Shown piece by piece: positions 43,872 to 53,687 of a DNA stretch of 64,000 nt. Source of the DNA: a virus. Under the pieces are notes generated by a model. That model was not told the origin of the DNA and made no database searches. It saw nothing but the letters and a program-made list of their open reading frames with translations. The stretch is from positions 32,001 through 96,000 of IMG/VR virus record IMGVR_UViG_3300037483_000793. One strand, given 5' to 3'. How positions within the stretch are numbered: position 1 is the first letter of the stretch; the number at the start of each line of letters is the position of its first letter. Both the position numbers and the translations under genes were made by a program.

Positions 43872-45317
43872 ATGTCCAAGCTCGAACTCTCGATCAACGT
43901 GCAGTACCTGCCCTCCTGGGGCGCCTGGGAAGGCATCCGTGAGCTGATCCAGAACGGCAAGGACGCCGAGACCGAGTTTTCGGCTCCGCTCAAGGTCGAC
44001 TGGCGCGGCGGTCAGGCTATGGCGTGTTCGAGCTGCAAGCGCGTCTCGGCGAGCGCTGCTGCAAATTCGCTTTGTGACGTACCGCAGCCTGATGGGGATA
44101 ACTGCACTGGACATTTCCGTGCGAGCGGCACGCTGCGCATCGAGAACGAGGGTGCGGAGCTGACGCGCGAGGCGCTTCTGTTCGGCACGTCCAGCAAGGC
44201 CGACCGCAGCGACATGATCGGCAAGTTCGGCGAAGGCTTGAAGCTCGGGATCCTGGCGCTCGTGCGCGCCGGTCACCCGGTCAAGATCCGGACGGGCGCT
44301 GAAGTCTGGACGGCCGGTATCGCGCGCAGCGAGCGCTACGACGCGGACGTGCTGTGCTTCGACTGCGTCGGTGGCCGCGAGGCCAAGAAGCGCGTGCGCG
44401 TCGAGATCGAGAACGTGACCGCATTGGAGTGGGAACGGCTCAAGGAGCGGTTCCTGTTCCTGGTCAAGCGTACGGTCAAGGACGCCGAGTCGATGGTTGC
44501 GACGTCGCGCGGCGACCTTTTGCTCGGCGAGAAGTACGTCGGTCAGATCTTCGTCAAGGGCATCTACGTCTCGATGGACGCACGTCTGTCGGCGGGCTAC
44601 AACTTCCGCAACGTAGACCTCGATCGCGACCGCAAGATGGTCTCGTCGTGGGACCTGCAGTGGACCTGCAGCCAGATCTGGACCGAAGCAGCAGCGAGTC
44701 GCCCGGACCTGCTCGGTCAGCTGTTCAGTCACGCACTCGACGGCAAGGCTGACGTCGCAGGCTTGGAGCACAACGCGTCGTACGCACCCGACGCGGTCAA
44801 GGAGTGCATGGCGGCGACGTTCGCGGCGAAGTTCGGCGAGCGCGCGGTGCCGGTCGCGAACCTCGCTGAATCGGCCGAAGTCGAGCACCTGGGACGGCGC
44901 GGTGTCGTTGTCTCCAAGTCGCTCGGCGCGTTGCTCGCGACCACGCTCGGCACCAAGGAACAGATGCACGCCAAGCTCAAGAGCGAAGTCGTGCGCACGC
45001 TGTCGTGGGGCGACATGACCGACACGCAGAAGGCCGACCTGCTCGATGCAGTCAAGCTCGTCGCTGCGGTGCGCTCCGAGTGCACGCTCGATCTGATCGA
45101 CGTCGTCGAGTTCAACTCGGTGGGAACGCTCGGCCAGTTCAAGGACGGTCGCATCCTGCTCGCAGCGCGCATGCTCGACGACCGCGACGAGCTGCTCGCG
45201 ACGATCGTGCACGAGTTTTCGCATCGCTGTGGCGGCGACGGCGAGAAAGATCACGTGATGGCGATCGAGGACATGTGGCGCGACATCGTGAAGCACCTCC
45301 GCAACGGCGGCGTGTGA
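43872..45317 (+). CDS. GHKL (Hsp90/MORC-like) ATPase with C-terminal HExxH peptidase motif
   Basis: IRELIQNGKDA, IENEG, GTSSK, IGKFGEGLKLG; TIVHEFSH...H. Confidence 0.88.
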   Translation: MSKLELSINVQYLPSWGAWEGIRELIQNGKDAETEFSAPLKVDWRGGQAMACSSCKRVSASAAANSLCDVPQPDGDNCTGHFRASGTLRIENEGAELTREALLFGTSSKADRSDMIGKFGEGLKLGILALVRAGHPVKIRTGAEVWTAGIARSERYDADVLCFDCVGGREAKKRVRVEIENVTALEWERLKERFLFLVKRTVKDAESMVATSRGDLLLGEKYVGQIFVKGIYVSMDARLSAGYNFRNVDLDRDRKMVSSWDLQWTCSQIWTEAAASRPDLLGQLFSHALDGKADVAGLEHNASYAPDAVKECMAATFAAKFGERAVPVANLAESAEVEHLGRRGVVVSKSLGALLATTLGTKEQMHAKLKSEVVRTLSWGDMTDTQKADLLDAVKLVAAVRSECTLDLIDVVEFNSVGTLGQFKDGRILLAARMLDDRDELLATIVHEFSHRCGGDGEKDHVMAIEDMWRDIVKHLRNGGV

Positions 45318-45781
45318 TGGACAAGGTCATCACAGACCGCGAGATCCAGATCGCGCGTCAACGTGCCCGCGAGGGTGGGCGTACGGTCTCCGGCGACGGT
45401 GGTGACGTTGCGCTCGTCGAGATGTTGCAGCAGTTGCTCGACTACCGGCGCATCTCGCGTGAGGTCGTCACCAAGCACGATTACCGCGCACACCACAACA
45501 AGTCGATGTCGTACCTCGATTCGCTTGTCGGGCAGAGCGGCTGCCAGTGGTTTCAGTGTACGGCAGAAGCGAAGACGCACCGAATGCGCAACGAGGCACA
45601 CAGCCGCGGTGAGGCTTCTTGTGTGTGCTGCAAGCATGCAGACGAAGGCGAAGAGAAGGGTCTTTGGGACATGCAGCACCCGATGAGTATCGAGTGGAAG
45701 CAGTCGGACATGTCCATGCGCGAGTGGGCACGCAAGCGCGACGAAGAACGCGCACGCGAGGAGGTAAGCCATGGCGCGTAG
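45317..45781 (+). CDS. Cys/His-rich hypothetical protein
   Basis: TGATG overlap. Confidence 0.65.
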   Translation: MDKVITDREIQIARQRAREGGRTVSGDGGDVALVEMLQQLLDYRRISREVVTKHDYRAHHNKSMSYLDSLVGQSGCQWFQCTAEAKTHRMRNEAHSRGEASCVCCKHADEGEEKGLWDMQHPMSIEWKQSDMSMREWARKRDEERAREEVSHGA

Positions 45782-46007
45782 CGCCCGCAAGACGACGGTG
45801 GCCGACCTCGACAAGCAGCTGGCGAAGCTGCTGGAAGAGAAGCGTCACCAGTTGCGTGACGCTGTGCTCGAAGCGATCGAGGATGGTGTCGAGCAGCTGG
45901 ACGTGGAGCAGGCCCGCACGTGGCTCGCCGACCTGCGCGAGGATTTCGACCTCAAGCTCGCAGCGCTCGACGAACAGATTCAGTGGGCAAAGGAGCACGG
46001 ACAATGA
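45771..46007 (+). CDS. small coiled-coil protein
   Basis: GAGGAGG RBS. Confidence 0.75.
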   Translation: MARSARKTTVADLDKQLAKLLEEKRHQLRDAVLEAIEDGVEQLDVEQARTWLADLREDFDLKLAALDEQIQWAKEHGQ

Positions 46008-46492
46008 AAAAGTTTGAGCTAGGTCCCAAGGACAAGCACCCCGCGCCACACGGCTTCGGCAGCGACTTTCGGCATACCGAGCCGCAGCGCCGCGTGCCGT
46101 GCATCGTCGGCGACATGCTCGCGCCAGCGAGCGCGGACGACATCCCGCCGATCCCAGAGTCGGCAGCCTACAGCGTGCGCAAAGCGTTCGAGCTGCTCGC
46201 GCAGCTCGTCGGTGACCGCGACCACAACCTGTTCCTTGGCAATGCAGATCACGACGGCAAGGCTACGCGCGAAGCCGAGGCGATCTCGCGGGCGTGTGAC
46301 GGCGTGCTGGCGATCTTGCGCGTCGGGGTGACACCGGAGTTTCTGTACTTCGATCTGATCAACGCGTTGAACATGCTGTCTGCTGATCACAGTCTCCGCG
46401 TCGCTGAGGCCGGTGACGCAGCGCCAGACGTCTGCGGCGGCCCGGTCGCGGACGTCGTGTTTGCGTATCGTCGGTTCAAGGAGAAGCTGTGA
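46004..46492 (+). CDS. hypothetical protein
   Basis: ATGA overlap, AGGAG RBS. Confidence 0.7.
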   Translation: MKKFELGPKDKHPAPHGFGSDFRHTEPQRRVPCIVGDMLAPASADDIPPIPESAAYSVRKAFELLAQLVGDRDHNLFLGNADHDGKATREAEAISRACDGVLAILRVGVTPEFLYFDLINALNMLSADHSLRVAEAGDAAPDVCGGPVADVVFAYRRFKEKL

Positions 46493-46914
46493 GCGTCCAA
46501 AAAAAGAAGCGCAAGTGCTCGCTGTGTCCGTCGACAACGCACCGCGCCGACTTCCACGGCTCGAAGCGTGATCGCGAACTGGCGAAGTACAAGATGCCCG
46601 AGCTGCCGAACGACATCGCGATGCGGACGATGATCGATCCGTTCTACGCGGTTTGGCTCGTCACCGAGGGCAACGTCGGCGAAGCGCTGGCGAATGCGAC
46701 ACGCAAGACCCACGAGGCACGCAAGATCGGCTTCAACGTCAGCGATACGTTGCTGCAGGCACTTGCTGAGCTGGAGTTGCGTGCACGCGACCTTGATCCC
46801 CAACTGCTCAAGCAGGCTCGCGAACTGCGTCACCTGATGGACCTTGCGGTGGTCAAGTACCGGACGGTCGAGATCCAGATCACCGACCTGCTCGGCTATC
46901 CGAGGAAGAGCTAG
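46489..46914 (+). CDS. hypothetical protein with N-terminal CxxC...H
   Basis: CSLCPSTTHRADFH. Confidence 0.7.
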   Translation: MSVQKKKRKCSLCPSTTHRADFHGSKRDRELAKYKMPELPNDIAMRTMIDPFYAVWLVTEGNVGEALANATRKTHEARKIGFNVSDTLLQALAELELRARDLDPQLLKQARELRHLMDLAVVKYRTVEIQITDLLGYPRKS

Positions 46915-46916
46915 CC

Positions 46917-47099
46917 ATGGCGAAGTCACAAACGATCATGTTCGCGTTCGTGATCGATTCAGCGCACGTCGACAAACGTGACGCGTTGGTGCGCAAGATC
47001 GACGCTACGCTGATGCTGCAACAGTTCCGCGTCCTAGGCGGCGAATACATCGTCACGATCAAACGCAAGCCGCGTTTGAAGGTGAAGGGAGCGCGGTAG
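46917..47099 (+). CDS. small hypothetical protein
   Basis: GAGG RBS. Confidence 0.55.
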   Translation: MAKSQTIMFAFVIDSAHVDKRDALVRKIDATLMLQQFRVLGGEYIVTIKRKPRLKVKGAR

Positions 47100-47101
47100 T
47101 C

Positions 47102-47488
47102 ATGGCGACCACGACCGCGTCTGACATCTTGGAAATGATCGAACGGTTGCGTCACGATGAAAGTCTCAGCGCACGCGAGGCGCTCAGTGCTTTGTCGACG
47201 GACCTGCAGAAGCGCTTCGACGACGGTTACCTCGGTGTGCAGTACCGTACCGATTACGTCGTCGAAGGCGAAGAGGACTTTCCGTTCGACATGCTGCGCT
47301 ACACGCAGTCGTGGCCGACAAAGGAAGAGGAAATTCGATTCGTCGAACGTCCGCTCGACGGCTACCCAAAGCGTCGCGTGACGCTGTCGAAGTTTCACCG
47401 CGACCCCAAGCCGAACCTCGCCGAGGATCGTTGGGAACGCAAGTTCGGGTGGAAGGTCGTTGAGATTCTCGACACGGTAGCGGACTAG
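47102..47488 (+). CDS. phage hypothetical protein
   Basis: YVVEGEEDFPFDMLRY motif. Confidence 0.7.
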   Translation: MATTTASDILEMIERLRHDESLSAREALSALSTDLQKRFDDGYLGVQYRTDYVVEGEEDFPFDMLRYTQSWPTKEEEIRFVERPLDGYPKRRVTLSKFHRDPKPNLAEDRWERKFGWKVVEILDTVAD

Positions 47489-47490
47489 CT

Positions 47491-47748
47491 ATGGCTGAGA
47501 AACCCCAAGATGTGAAGGTCGTCGAAGACAGCGGCTGGACGCACAACGCGCACACGTCGATCCCGCGCCGCGGCATCAACGACTATGAACGCACGATGAC
47601 GTTCGCCGCCAAACTTACTGACGATCAGCTGAAGGCCTGGTGCCGTTGGTTGGAGAGCGACAATTGCCCCGGCTGGACCGGCGTACGCGGCTACGTGCAA
47701 ATGAACAACGCGTACAAGTTCACCACCACCTACGATTCGAGCGATTGA
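47491..47748 (+). CDS. phage hypothetical protein
   Basis: CPGWTGV...YKFTTTYDSSD. Confidence 0.7.
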   Translation: MAEKPQDVKVVEDSGWTHNAHTSIPRRGINDYERTMTFAAKLTDDQLKAWCRWLESDNCPGWTGVRGYVQMNNAYKFTTTYDSSD

Positions 47749-47750
47749 TC

Positions 47751-48089
47751 ATGCACCTCACAGTCACAACGCCCTCGGGTATCAGTCTGGCCATCGACGC
47801 GTGGCCGACGGGGAACATCGATCTCTGCGCCGACGGTTTTACCGTTGCAGCAGTCGAAGTCAGTTTCTTCGCCGCGTGTGTGCGCCTCCAGGGCGACGGG
47901 CTGCACGAGATCAAAGGCCCGAGCTTGTTCTCGCCGCGCGCCGAGAAGGCGCTGTGGGTCAAGCCTGAGGATCTGTCGGCCGATGGCGTACCGTTCAAGC
48001 ACGAGGAGCTGATCGCTGAGGCTGCTCGTGTGCGTGAGCTGGTACGTGAACGTGCGCAGCATGGCTGGTTGGGACCGAACTGGCCATGA
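47751..48089 (+). CDS. hypothetical protein
   Basis: Fills gap; ATGA overlap downstream. Confidence 0.65.
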   Translation: MHLTVTTPSGISLAIDAWPTGNIDLCADGFTVAAVEVSFFAACVRLQGDGLHEIKGPSLFSPRAEKALWVKPEDLSADGVPFKHEELIAEAARVRELVRERAQHGWLGPNWP

Positions 48090-48718
48090 TGCCCGCGATC
48101 GAGATCAAGATCGTCAAGCCGCGCCCGGTAGCTGCCGCCAAAGGCCAAGTCGACTACGAGGAACGCGACTTCCGCGAGTGGGCCGTGTACGCGATTCGAC
48201 ACCAGGGATGGCGGCAGCACTGTGAGGTCGGCGAGACACGCTTCGGCCCGAATGTCGAATCGGTCGTGATTATCGCAGCACCCGATGGTCGTGTCGCGGT
48301 CTGGTACGGCCGCACGACACTCCTGCGCCACACCGAAAATCGTCCGCGCCGCGGACGCAAGGACGACACCGCCAATCCGCTCGACGGTGCCATCGCAGCG
48401 TTGCAGCCGTACGGTGACGTCGGGCGGGCCGCTGCCGCGTACTGGGACAAGAAGCGCACGCGAGGTGGCGACCGAGACGTAAGCCAACTTGCGGCCGCGG
48501 CGTGCCGCGTTCTGCACGCAGACGCGTACGGCTACTCGTCGTCGCTCCGCGACCGGCTGTTGGCTGAATTCACGCTGCTCGAAGGCGATCGACCGCCGAC
48601 ACCGCACCTACTGCGCGCGACCGACAATGAACTGCTGGCTGCGAGCGCGCTGCTTGCGGCACGTGAGAACAACGGAGCGCGATCGCTGCTCGCGCGGAAG
48701 GGTGCTGTCGGGGCATGA
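48086..48718 (+). CDS. hypothetical protein
   Basis: ATGA overlaps. Confidence 0.7.
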   Translation: MMPAIEIKIVKPRPVAAAKGQVDYEERDFREWAVYAIRHQGWRQHCEVGETRFGPNVESVVIIAAPDGRVAVWYGRTTLLRHTENRPRRGRKDDTANPLDGAIAALQPYGDVGRAAAAYWDKKRTRGGDRDVSQLAAAACRVLHADAYGYSSSLRDRLLAEFTLLEGDRPPTPHLLRATDNELLAASALLAARENNGARSLLARKGAVGA

Positions 48719-48915
48719 TCACGAACGAACGAAAACTGGAATTGCGGAAAGCCGCTGCCGCACTGGCACGTGTCGCTGTCGAACGTGCAGCCGTTGTTAC
48801 GGTGCGCCCGGCAGCAGCTGCAACGCCCGAAGAGGATCGCTACGCACGCAAGTACCTGGCGTGCCTGGCCAAGAAGATCACCTACAGCGTGTTCATCGAC
48901 GAGGCCGACCTGTGA
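48715..48915 (+). CDS. small hypothetical protein
   Basis: ATGA overlap. Confidence 0.6.
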   Translation: MITNERKLELRKAAAALARVAVERAAVVTVRPAAAATPEEDRYARKYLACLAKKITYSVFIDEADL

Positions 48916-49268
48916 AACACCACGAGCGCACGAACATGACGCCGCTGGAGCTAGCAGTTTGGGCAGCAGCGTACGTCAACGGCGGCCCAACAATAGAACG
49001 CCAAAGCTATCCCGTCGAGCACGCAGACCAAACTGTCATGAAGCTGCGTGAGCGCCTCGAAGCGAAGCGGCAACAGGAGTTGCTGGACGCGGCGAAGGCA
49101 GCACACCGGCTTCAGATCGTGACGTCGAAGCGTTCCGGGGTCGGTGTACCGGGAACGATGCGCTGCTCGTGTGGCTACGAACCACCCATCACGGACGCGA
49201 CCGACGGCGAGGAGCTGATGGTGCTGCACATGGCGCACGTGCGGGCCGTCGCGCCGACGGAGCACTAA
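48912..49268 (+). CDS. hypothetical protein with C-terminal CxC...H
   Basis: GTGA overlap. Confidence 0.65.
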   Translation: MKHHERTNMTPLELAVWAAAYVNGGPTIERQSYPVEHADQTVMKLRERLEAKRQQELLDAAKAAHRLQIVTSKRSGVGVPGTMRCSCGYEPPITDATDGEELMVLHMAHVRAVAPTEH

Positions 49269-49269
49269 C

Positions 49270-49848
49270 GTGACATCGCACCGCGTTCGACTAGATCGTC
49301 TTGGACTGGAAGTCGGTGATCACACGAGCGGCAGCACGATGCTCATCGCCAAGCACGACAACCGCGAGCTGAACTGGGGAAACGCAAGTCACCGCGGCGG
49401 GACATCCCAGATCGTCGTGCTCAAGTTCGGTGAGCTGGTTGAAATCACCGTCGACGAGGACATCGCGCATAGACCGCTGATGCAAGCACTTCACGACAAG
49501 TTCTACGGACGGCAACGCGACAAGAAGAAAGACGACGCGGTTGTCGAGCGTGTCGCAGACGCGCGGAAACGTCGTGAAGCGGCCGAGGCGGCGCTGCTCG
49601 CGAAGGACTACAAGCTCGGGGCCGAAATCGATTACACGCTCCTGTTCGATACGATCGCGGATGCGATCATCGAGCATTACGCCAAGTACATGGGCAGCGG
49701 CGGTCTTTTGGCGTTGCTCGGCAGCATTCAAAAGACCGTCGATAACGAAACCAAGTACGCATTCGATCGCGGACGTGAAGACGCGAAGGGCGAGCTACGC
49801 GGCTGGCTAGGCGCGGGATCGGGTTGTCGGTTTTTTCGTAACCCTTGA
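49270..49848 (+). CDS. hypothetical protein
   Basis: 192 aa ORF. Confidence 0.65.
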   Translation: MTSHRVRLDRLGLEVGDHTSGSTMLIAKHDNRELNWGNASHRGGTSQIVVLKFGELVEITVDEDIAHRPLMQALHDKFYGRQRDKKKDDAVVERVADARKRREAAEAALLAKDYKLGAEIDYTLLFDTIADAIIEHYAKYMGSGGLLALLGSIQKTVDNETKYAFDRGREDAKGELRGWLGAGSGCRFFRNP

Positions 49849-49874
49849 CAACTTACTCTTGCTTTGAATAGTCT
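49845..49874 (+). promoter_or_regulatory. motif A copy inside TTGACA-18-TAGTCT promoter
   Basis: TTGACAACTTACTCTTGCTTTGAATAGTCT. Confidence 0.7.
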
Positions 49875-49880
49875 GGGTCT

Positions 49881-50087
49881 GTGAGACGTCAAGGGTTCAA
49901 CATGTTGGTGGAAATCATCGAGAGCATTCTGCAAGGCGCGCTGGATCATCAGCCGATGAAGGCGTCGGACCCGCCGGAGATTCAAGCACGGAAGTGGGCA
50001 GCGCAGGAGCGTGCGTACGTCGATGACCTGGGCGGTGCGACGTTCAGCTACCGCGCTGTGCCGGTCGATCCGAAGGACTGGCCGTGA
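49881..50087 (+). CDS. small hypothetical protein
   Basis: After promoter; start may be ATG 49902. Confidence 0.55.
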   Translation: MRRQGFNMLVEIIESILQGALDHQPMKASDPPEIQARKWAAQERAYVDDLGGATFSYRAVPVDPKDWP

Positions 50088-50506
50088 AGGTTCGACTCGA
50101 AAGTGGTGAGCGGCTCGTCGTCGAAGTGCCGGTCCGGTTAGCTACTTGTGCAGCTGTATCCATCCAAGCTGAGTCGCTCCCACCCGGCTTCGCTTCGCAG
50201 CTTACTACGCATTTCTCGCAGCACCTCGTCGACGTCACGATCGAGGACGGTTTGATCGACACAGTCAACGAGCGCGTCATTCGCCGTCACGCGGAAGCGC
50301 TGCGCACCGAGGATCGCCTTGTGCTGTGGGGGCACATTATCTCGCAGCACGCGTCGTGTGTTGGGCTCGACATGACGCTCGAAGAGCTGATCAAGCTACA
50401 CGAACACGAGCACGATGGCCCGGGGACGATCCGGAATCATCCACGTACGTCGCGCGAGTACAGCCTCCACAAGATCGGTCAAGTCCTGATCGAGTCGGAT
50501 CGCTGA
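50084..50506 (+). CDS. hypothetical protein
   Basis: GTGA overlap; HEHEHDGPG. Confidence 0.6.
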   Translation: MKVRLESGERLVVEVPVRLATCAAVSIQAESLPPGFASQLTTHFSQHLVDVTIEDGLIDTVNERVIRRHAEALRTEDRLVLWGHIISQHASCVGLDMTLEELIKLHEHEHDGPGTIRNHPRTSREYSLHKIGQVLIESDR

Positions 50507-50709
50507 TGTCCCGGCCGATCCGCGTTCAGCTCGACCTCGACACGTTGCCGACGATAATTCGCGAGTCCGTGCAGCAGTGCTTTGCTGTGCACCGTGTGCA
50601 GCTCGCAATCGACGGCCGCGTACTCTCGCCCGAAGAGACTGCGCGCTACATGCGCGAGATGGGTAACAACACCGCTGGAGTGATCGCGCTCCAAGAAGTC
50701 ACGTCATGA
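50506..50709 (+). CDS. small hypothetical protein
   Basis: TGATG overlap. Confidence 0.6.
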   Translation: MSRPIRVQLDLDTLPTIIRESVQQCFAVHRVQLAIDGRVLSPEETARYMREMGNNTAGVIALQEVTS

Positions 50710-51428
50710 GCAACCTGAAGAACCCACCCAAGCCCGAGCAGCACGAACACCCGTCGTACGGGATGCTGACGATTGGTCGCAGCATGAGCACGCACGCGAA
50801 GCGACTGTTCGGCAGCTCGCTGAAGTCACACCACGGAACCATCACCTTGACGGTGAATCCGGGTTACATGAAGCACGAGCTGAACCACGATTGGTACCAC
50901 TCGACGGCGGCAACAATCTTCGAGATCGAGTTGTCAGCAGCACAGTTCGCCGAAGCGATCACATCGATCAACTCCGGTCATACGCCGTGCACCATCCGAT
51001 TCAACAACGGCTGGATCGAAGATCCGCCCAACATCGAAACCGAAGTCGAGCGCGTCAAGAACCGCTTCGGGGCTGACCTCAAAGACATGATCAAGGTCAT
51101 GAAGGAACGCCGCGCCGAGATTGAGAAGCTGACCGCTAAGCTGTCCGACAAGGCCAAGCAGCAGCTCAAGATCGAGCTGGACGTGATGATCCAACAGATG
51201 ACGTCGAACGCACCGTACGTGCTGGAGCAGTTCGATGCGGCAACGGAAAAGGTCGTTACGTCGGCGAAGACCGAGATCGAGAGCTTCGCGATGCACGTGC
51301 TGCACGCTGCCGGTCTCGAAGCAATCGCCGACGGCAGGTTGCCCAAGATGCTCGCCGCGAGCGCCGAGCCCCGCGTCGCCACCGACGATCAGAACGTCAT
51401 CGACCAGCGAGATAAGGAGAAATCGTGA
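50706..51428 (+). CDS. conserved phage hypothetical protein
   Basis: HPSYGML...LFGSSLKSH...EIELSAAQFAEAITSIN.G..PCTI. Confidence 0.8.
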   Translation: MSNLKNPPKPEQHEHPSYGMLTIGRSMSTHAKRLFGSSLKSHHGTITLTVNPGYMKHELNHDWYHSTAATIFEIELSAAQFAEAITSINSGHTPCTIRFNNGWIEDPPNIETEVERVKNRFGADLKDMIKVMKERRAEIEKLTAKLSDKAKQQLKIELDVMIQQMTSNAPYVLEQFDAATEKVVTSAKTEIESFAMHVLHAAGLEAIADGRLPKMLAASAEPRVATDDQNVIDQRDKEKS

Positions 51429-51495
51429 GCCGTACCAAGAAAAGTGTAAAACAGAAGACCGCACCGGCACCGGACGCCGTCACGAAGGACAAGTA

Positions 51496-51699
51496 ATGCC
51501 ACAAGACAGCACAGGCAAATCCATCAAGGTCGGCGACCGTGTGATGTGGCGCGGGCAGCGCTATACCATCAAAGCATTCGGTGAGCGTGTCGGACGTTTC
51601 GACACGTACTGCATCGAGTTCGAAGAACCGTTGCACTGTCAGGAAGTGCCTGACGAGGTCGCGGTGGATCTTATCGTGGACCTCGTCGGCGGTCGGTGA
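51496..51699 (+). CDS. small SH3-like protein
   Basis: DSTGKSIKVGDRVMWRG. Confidence 0.65.
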   Translation: MPQDSTGKSIKVGDRVMWRGQRYTIKAFGERVGRFDTYCIEFEEPLHCQEVPDEVAVDLIVDLVGGR

Positions 51700-51702
51700 A
51701 AC

Positions 51703-52215
51703 ATGGCAACGAACGTCGAACCGCAGATCGTCGAGGTCAAGAGTGCGTGCCCCAAGCCGTGCAGCTCGTGCCCGTGGCGCCTCGCGAACCAGGGCAGCAA
51801 GCCCGACCCGCACAAGTTCTACACCAAGGCGAATCTCGCGCGCCTCTGGCGCGGCTTGCGTTCTGGCGCACGTATGTCGTGCCACCCGACGGACCCGCGC
51901 ATGGCCGAGTTCGCAGGCTACGAGGCACTCGCTGATCGCGAGGTCACGCACGAGTGCGCAGGTGCGCTCGTGATCACGCAACGCGAGATGATGCGGTTCC
52001 AGGGCCTCACCGAAGCGAATCCCGGCGGTGCCGCGCTCAAGAACTACAAGCGGCAGCATCCCAAGGGTCTGACACGTGATGGGCTCGTGTCGCTCGTAGA
52101 ACGTTCGGTGTTCGGCGGCACGGGCCTGGATCGCGTCAAGATGGCGCTGCCCGACCTGAACGACACCGAGATCGGCTACGACGTGCTCGGTGCGTGGATC
52201 GTGAAGCAACCGTGA
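51703..52215 (+). CDS. Cys-rich protein (DUF6283-like)
   Basis: KPCSSCPWR...MSCH...ECAGAL. Confidence 0.7.
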   Translation: MATNVEPQIVEVKSACPKPCSSCPWRLANQGSKPDPHKFYTKANLARLWRGLRSGARMSCHPTDPRMAEFAGYEALADREVTHECAGALVITQREMMRFQGLTEANPGGAALKNYKRQHPKGLTRDGLVSLVERSVFGGTGLDRVKMALPDLNDTEIGYDVLGAWIVKQP

Positions 52216-52685
52216 ACCTCGTGCACGAAAGCTGGTGCAACGTCAATGCATCCGATGACGCACGCGGTTCGATGTCCGTCGATCGGACAACGTGCGACTG
52301 CGGCGCCGAGCGTCGTCACGACGGTCTCTGGCAGCCACATCGCGATGCTGCGACGGAGGTTGGCGCAGGCTTCAAGAAGTTCCTCGAACGGCTGAAGCTC
52401 GACACGTTCACCGACTCGGTGCACCACACATTCTTCATTCGGGGGCAGGATGGTTGGGCGTTCGGTGCAGCGGTGCGGTTCCAGTCCATCGCGCACAGCC
52501 TTGCGAACGGCAACGAACAGTACTACTGGTCGGGGTATCACCTGCTCGCGCTGATCATCGAACGTGCTCGCAAGGATCTCGTGCTCCTTGAAGCGATCGA
52601 AGCCTTGGCGATCGCGCACGTTCACGGCAATCTGTCCGAGAGCAATGCAGGCACGCAGCTGAAGCAGATGGGAGTGTGGCCGTGA
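52212..52685 (+). CDS. hypothetical protein
   Basis: GTGA overlap; HESWC...CDCG. Confidence 0.65.
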   Translation: MNLVHESWCNVNASDDARGSMSVDRTTCDCGAERRHDGLWQPHRDAATEVGAGFKKFLERLKLDTFTDSVHHTFFIRGQDGWAFGAAVRFQSIAHSLANGNEQYYWSGYHLLALIIERARKDLVLLEAIEALAIAHVHGNLSESNAGTQLKQMGVWP

Positions 52686-52921
52686 GTGACGAGAAGAACC
52701 CGAAGATCATCGGAGCCGAGATCGAACTGACCGCGTGCGATCGCGGTGGGATGCACGTAACCAACATCCGTCCGATCACGGATGCGGCACTCATCTACGA
52801 CGCACCGGACGCTGACCGCGTTTTGGCCTCGTCCAAGACGTTCGGTTGGACCAGCGCACGCACTTGGAACAAGAACTGGGACACGACGTTCGGTGACACA
52901 CCAGAGCCCGAGCTGAACTAG
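52682..52921 (+). CDS. small hypothetical protein
   Basis: GTGA overlap. Confidence 0.65.
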   Translation: MSDEKNPKIIGAEIELTACDRGGMHVTNIRPITDAALIYDAPDADRVLASSKTFGWTSARTWNKNWDTTFGDTPEPELN

Positions 52922-53104
52922 ATGCCGAAGAAACGCCTCAGCGACAAGGTGCGGCAGCAACTCACGCGCGAGCTGTTGGCCGTCAAGGAACGGCTGCGCA
53001 AGCACGCTAGGCAAGTCACGTACGAACGTTACGCACGCTCGCTGAGCGAACACATTGCAGACATCAAACGGCGCGACGAAATCGAAAAGCTACTGACCCA
53101 ATGA
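52922..53104 (+). CDS. small helical protein
   Basis: ATG abuts upstream TAG. Confidence 0.6.
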   Translation: MPKKRLSDKVRQQLTRELLAVKERLRKHARQVTYERYARSLSEHIADIKRRDEIEKLLTQ

Positions 53105-53517
53105 AGACGTTCGTGTTCGATACGGGTGCACTGCCGCGCGTGTTGAACACGAAGCAGATCTATTGGATCGAGGATGGCAAGACGACGTCGAAGGTCTTGC
53201 TCGTTTCGACACCCGCGCCGATCGGTGCGACTCTCACCGAGATCGACGACGGCACAGAAGAGCGCGAGATCCGCGAAGCGATTCAAGCCGCGGCGCTCGC
53301 ATGCGACTGGGCACTCGCGTACGAGATCGTCACGCGCTACGGCTTGTCGGCGTGCCTGCGTTGCGGTGAAGACGTCTCGCAGCGTCCGACGTGGCGACTG
53401 CAAAACTTCAGTCGAATGATGTGCGCGATGAAGTACACGTTCCAGACGCCTGAGGTTGCAGGCTGGGGTGAAATTTGTGGCGGGTGTGCAGCGAAAATGC
53501 TCAAGGAAGGCGCGTGA
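53101..53517 (+). CDS. AIQ-CxxC paralogue 6 (dispersed)
   Basis: EAIQAAALACD...RYGLSACLRC...ICGGC. Confidence 0.75.
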   Translation: MKTFVFDTGALPRVLNTKQIYWIEDGKTTSKVLLVSTPAPIGATLTEIDDGTEEREIREAIQAAALACDWALAYEIVTRYGLSACLRCGEDVSQRPTWRLQNFSRMMCAMKYTFQTPEVAGWGEICGGCAAKMLKEGA

Positions 53518-53687
53518 TGGAGCGGCCCTACAATCACGAATCGTGGTGCGCGTACGAGTACGTCGAATGCGAGTTGTGCACGTGCGATCTCGAAGAGCGT
53601 CAAGCACGCTGGGATTGTGAGAATCGCGCGTCGAACGCTGCTGAATTACCACGCGCCATCACACGTCAGCGTCAACGGAGAGCGTGA
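53517..53687 (+). CDS. small Cys/His protein
   Basis: HESWC...CELCTCD. Confidence 0.55.
   Translation: MERPYNHESWCAYEYVECELCTCDLEERQARWDCENRASNAAELPRAITRQRQRRA

Noticed and set aside
43998-44125. Intein explanation for the GHKL insert
   Set aside because: Far too short, and lacks N-terminal Cys/Ser and C-terminal His-Asn splice residues.
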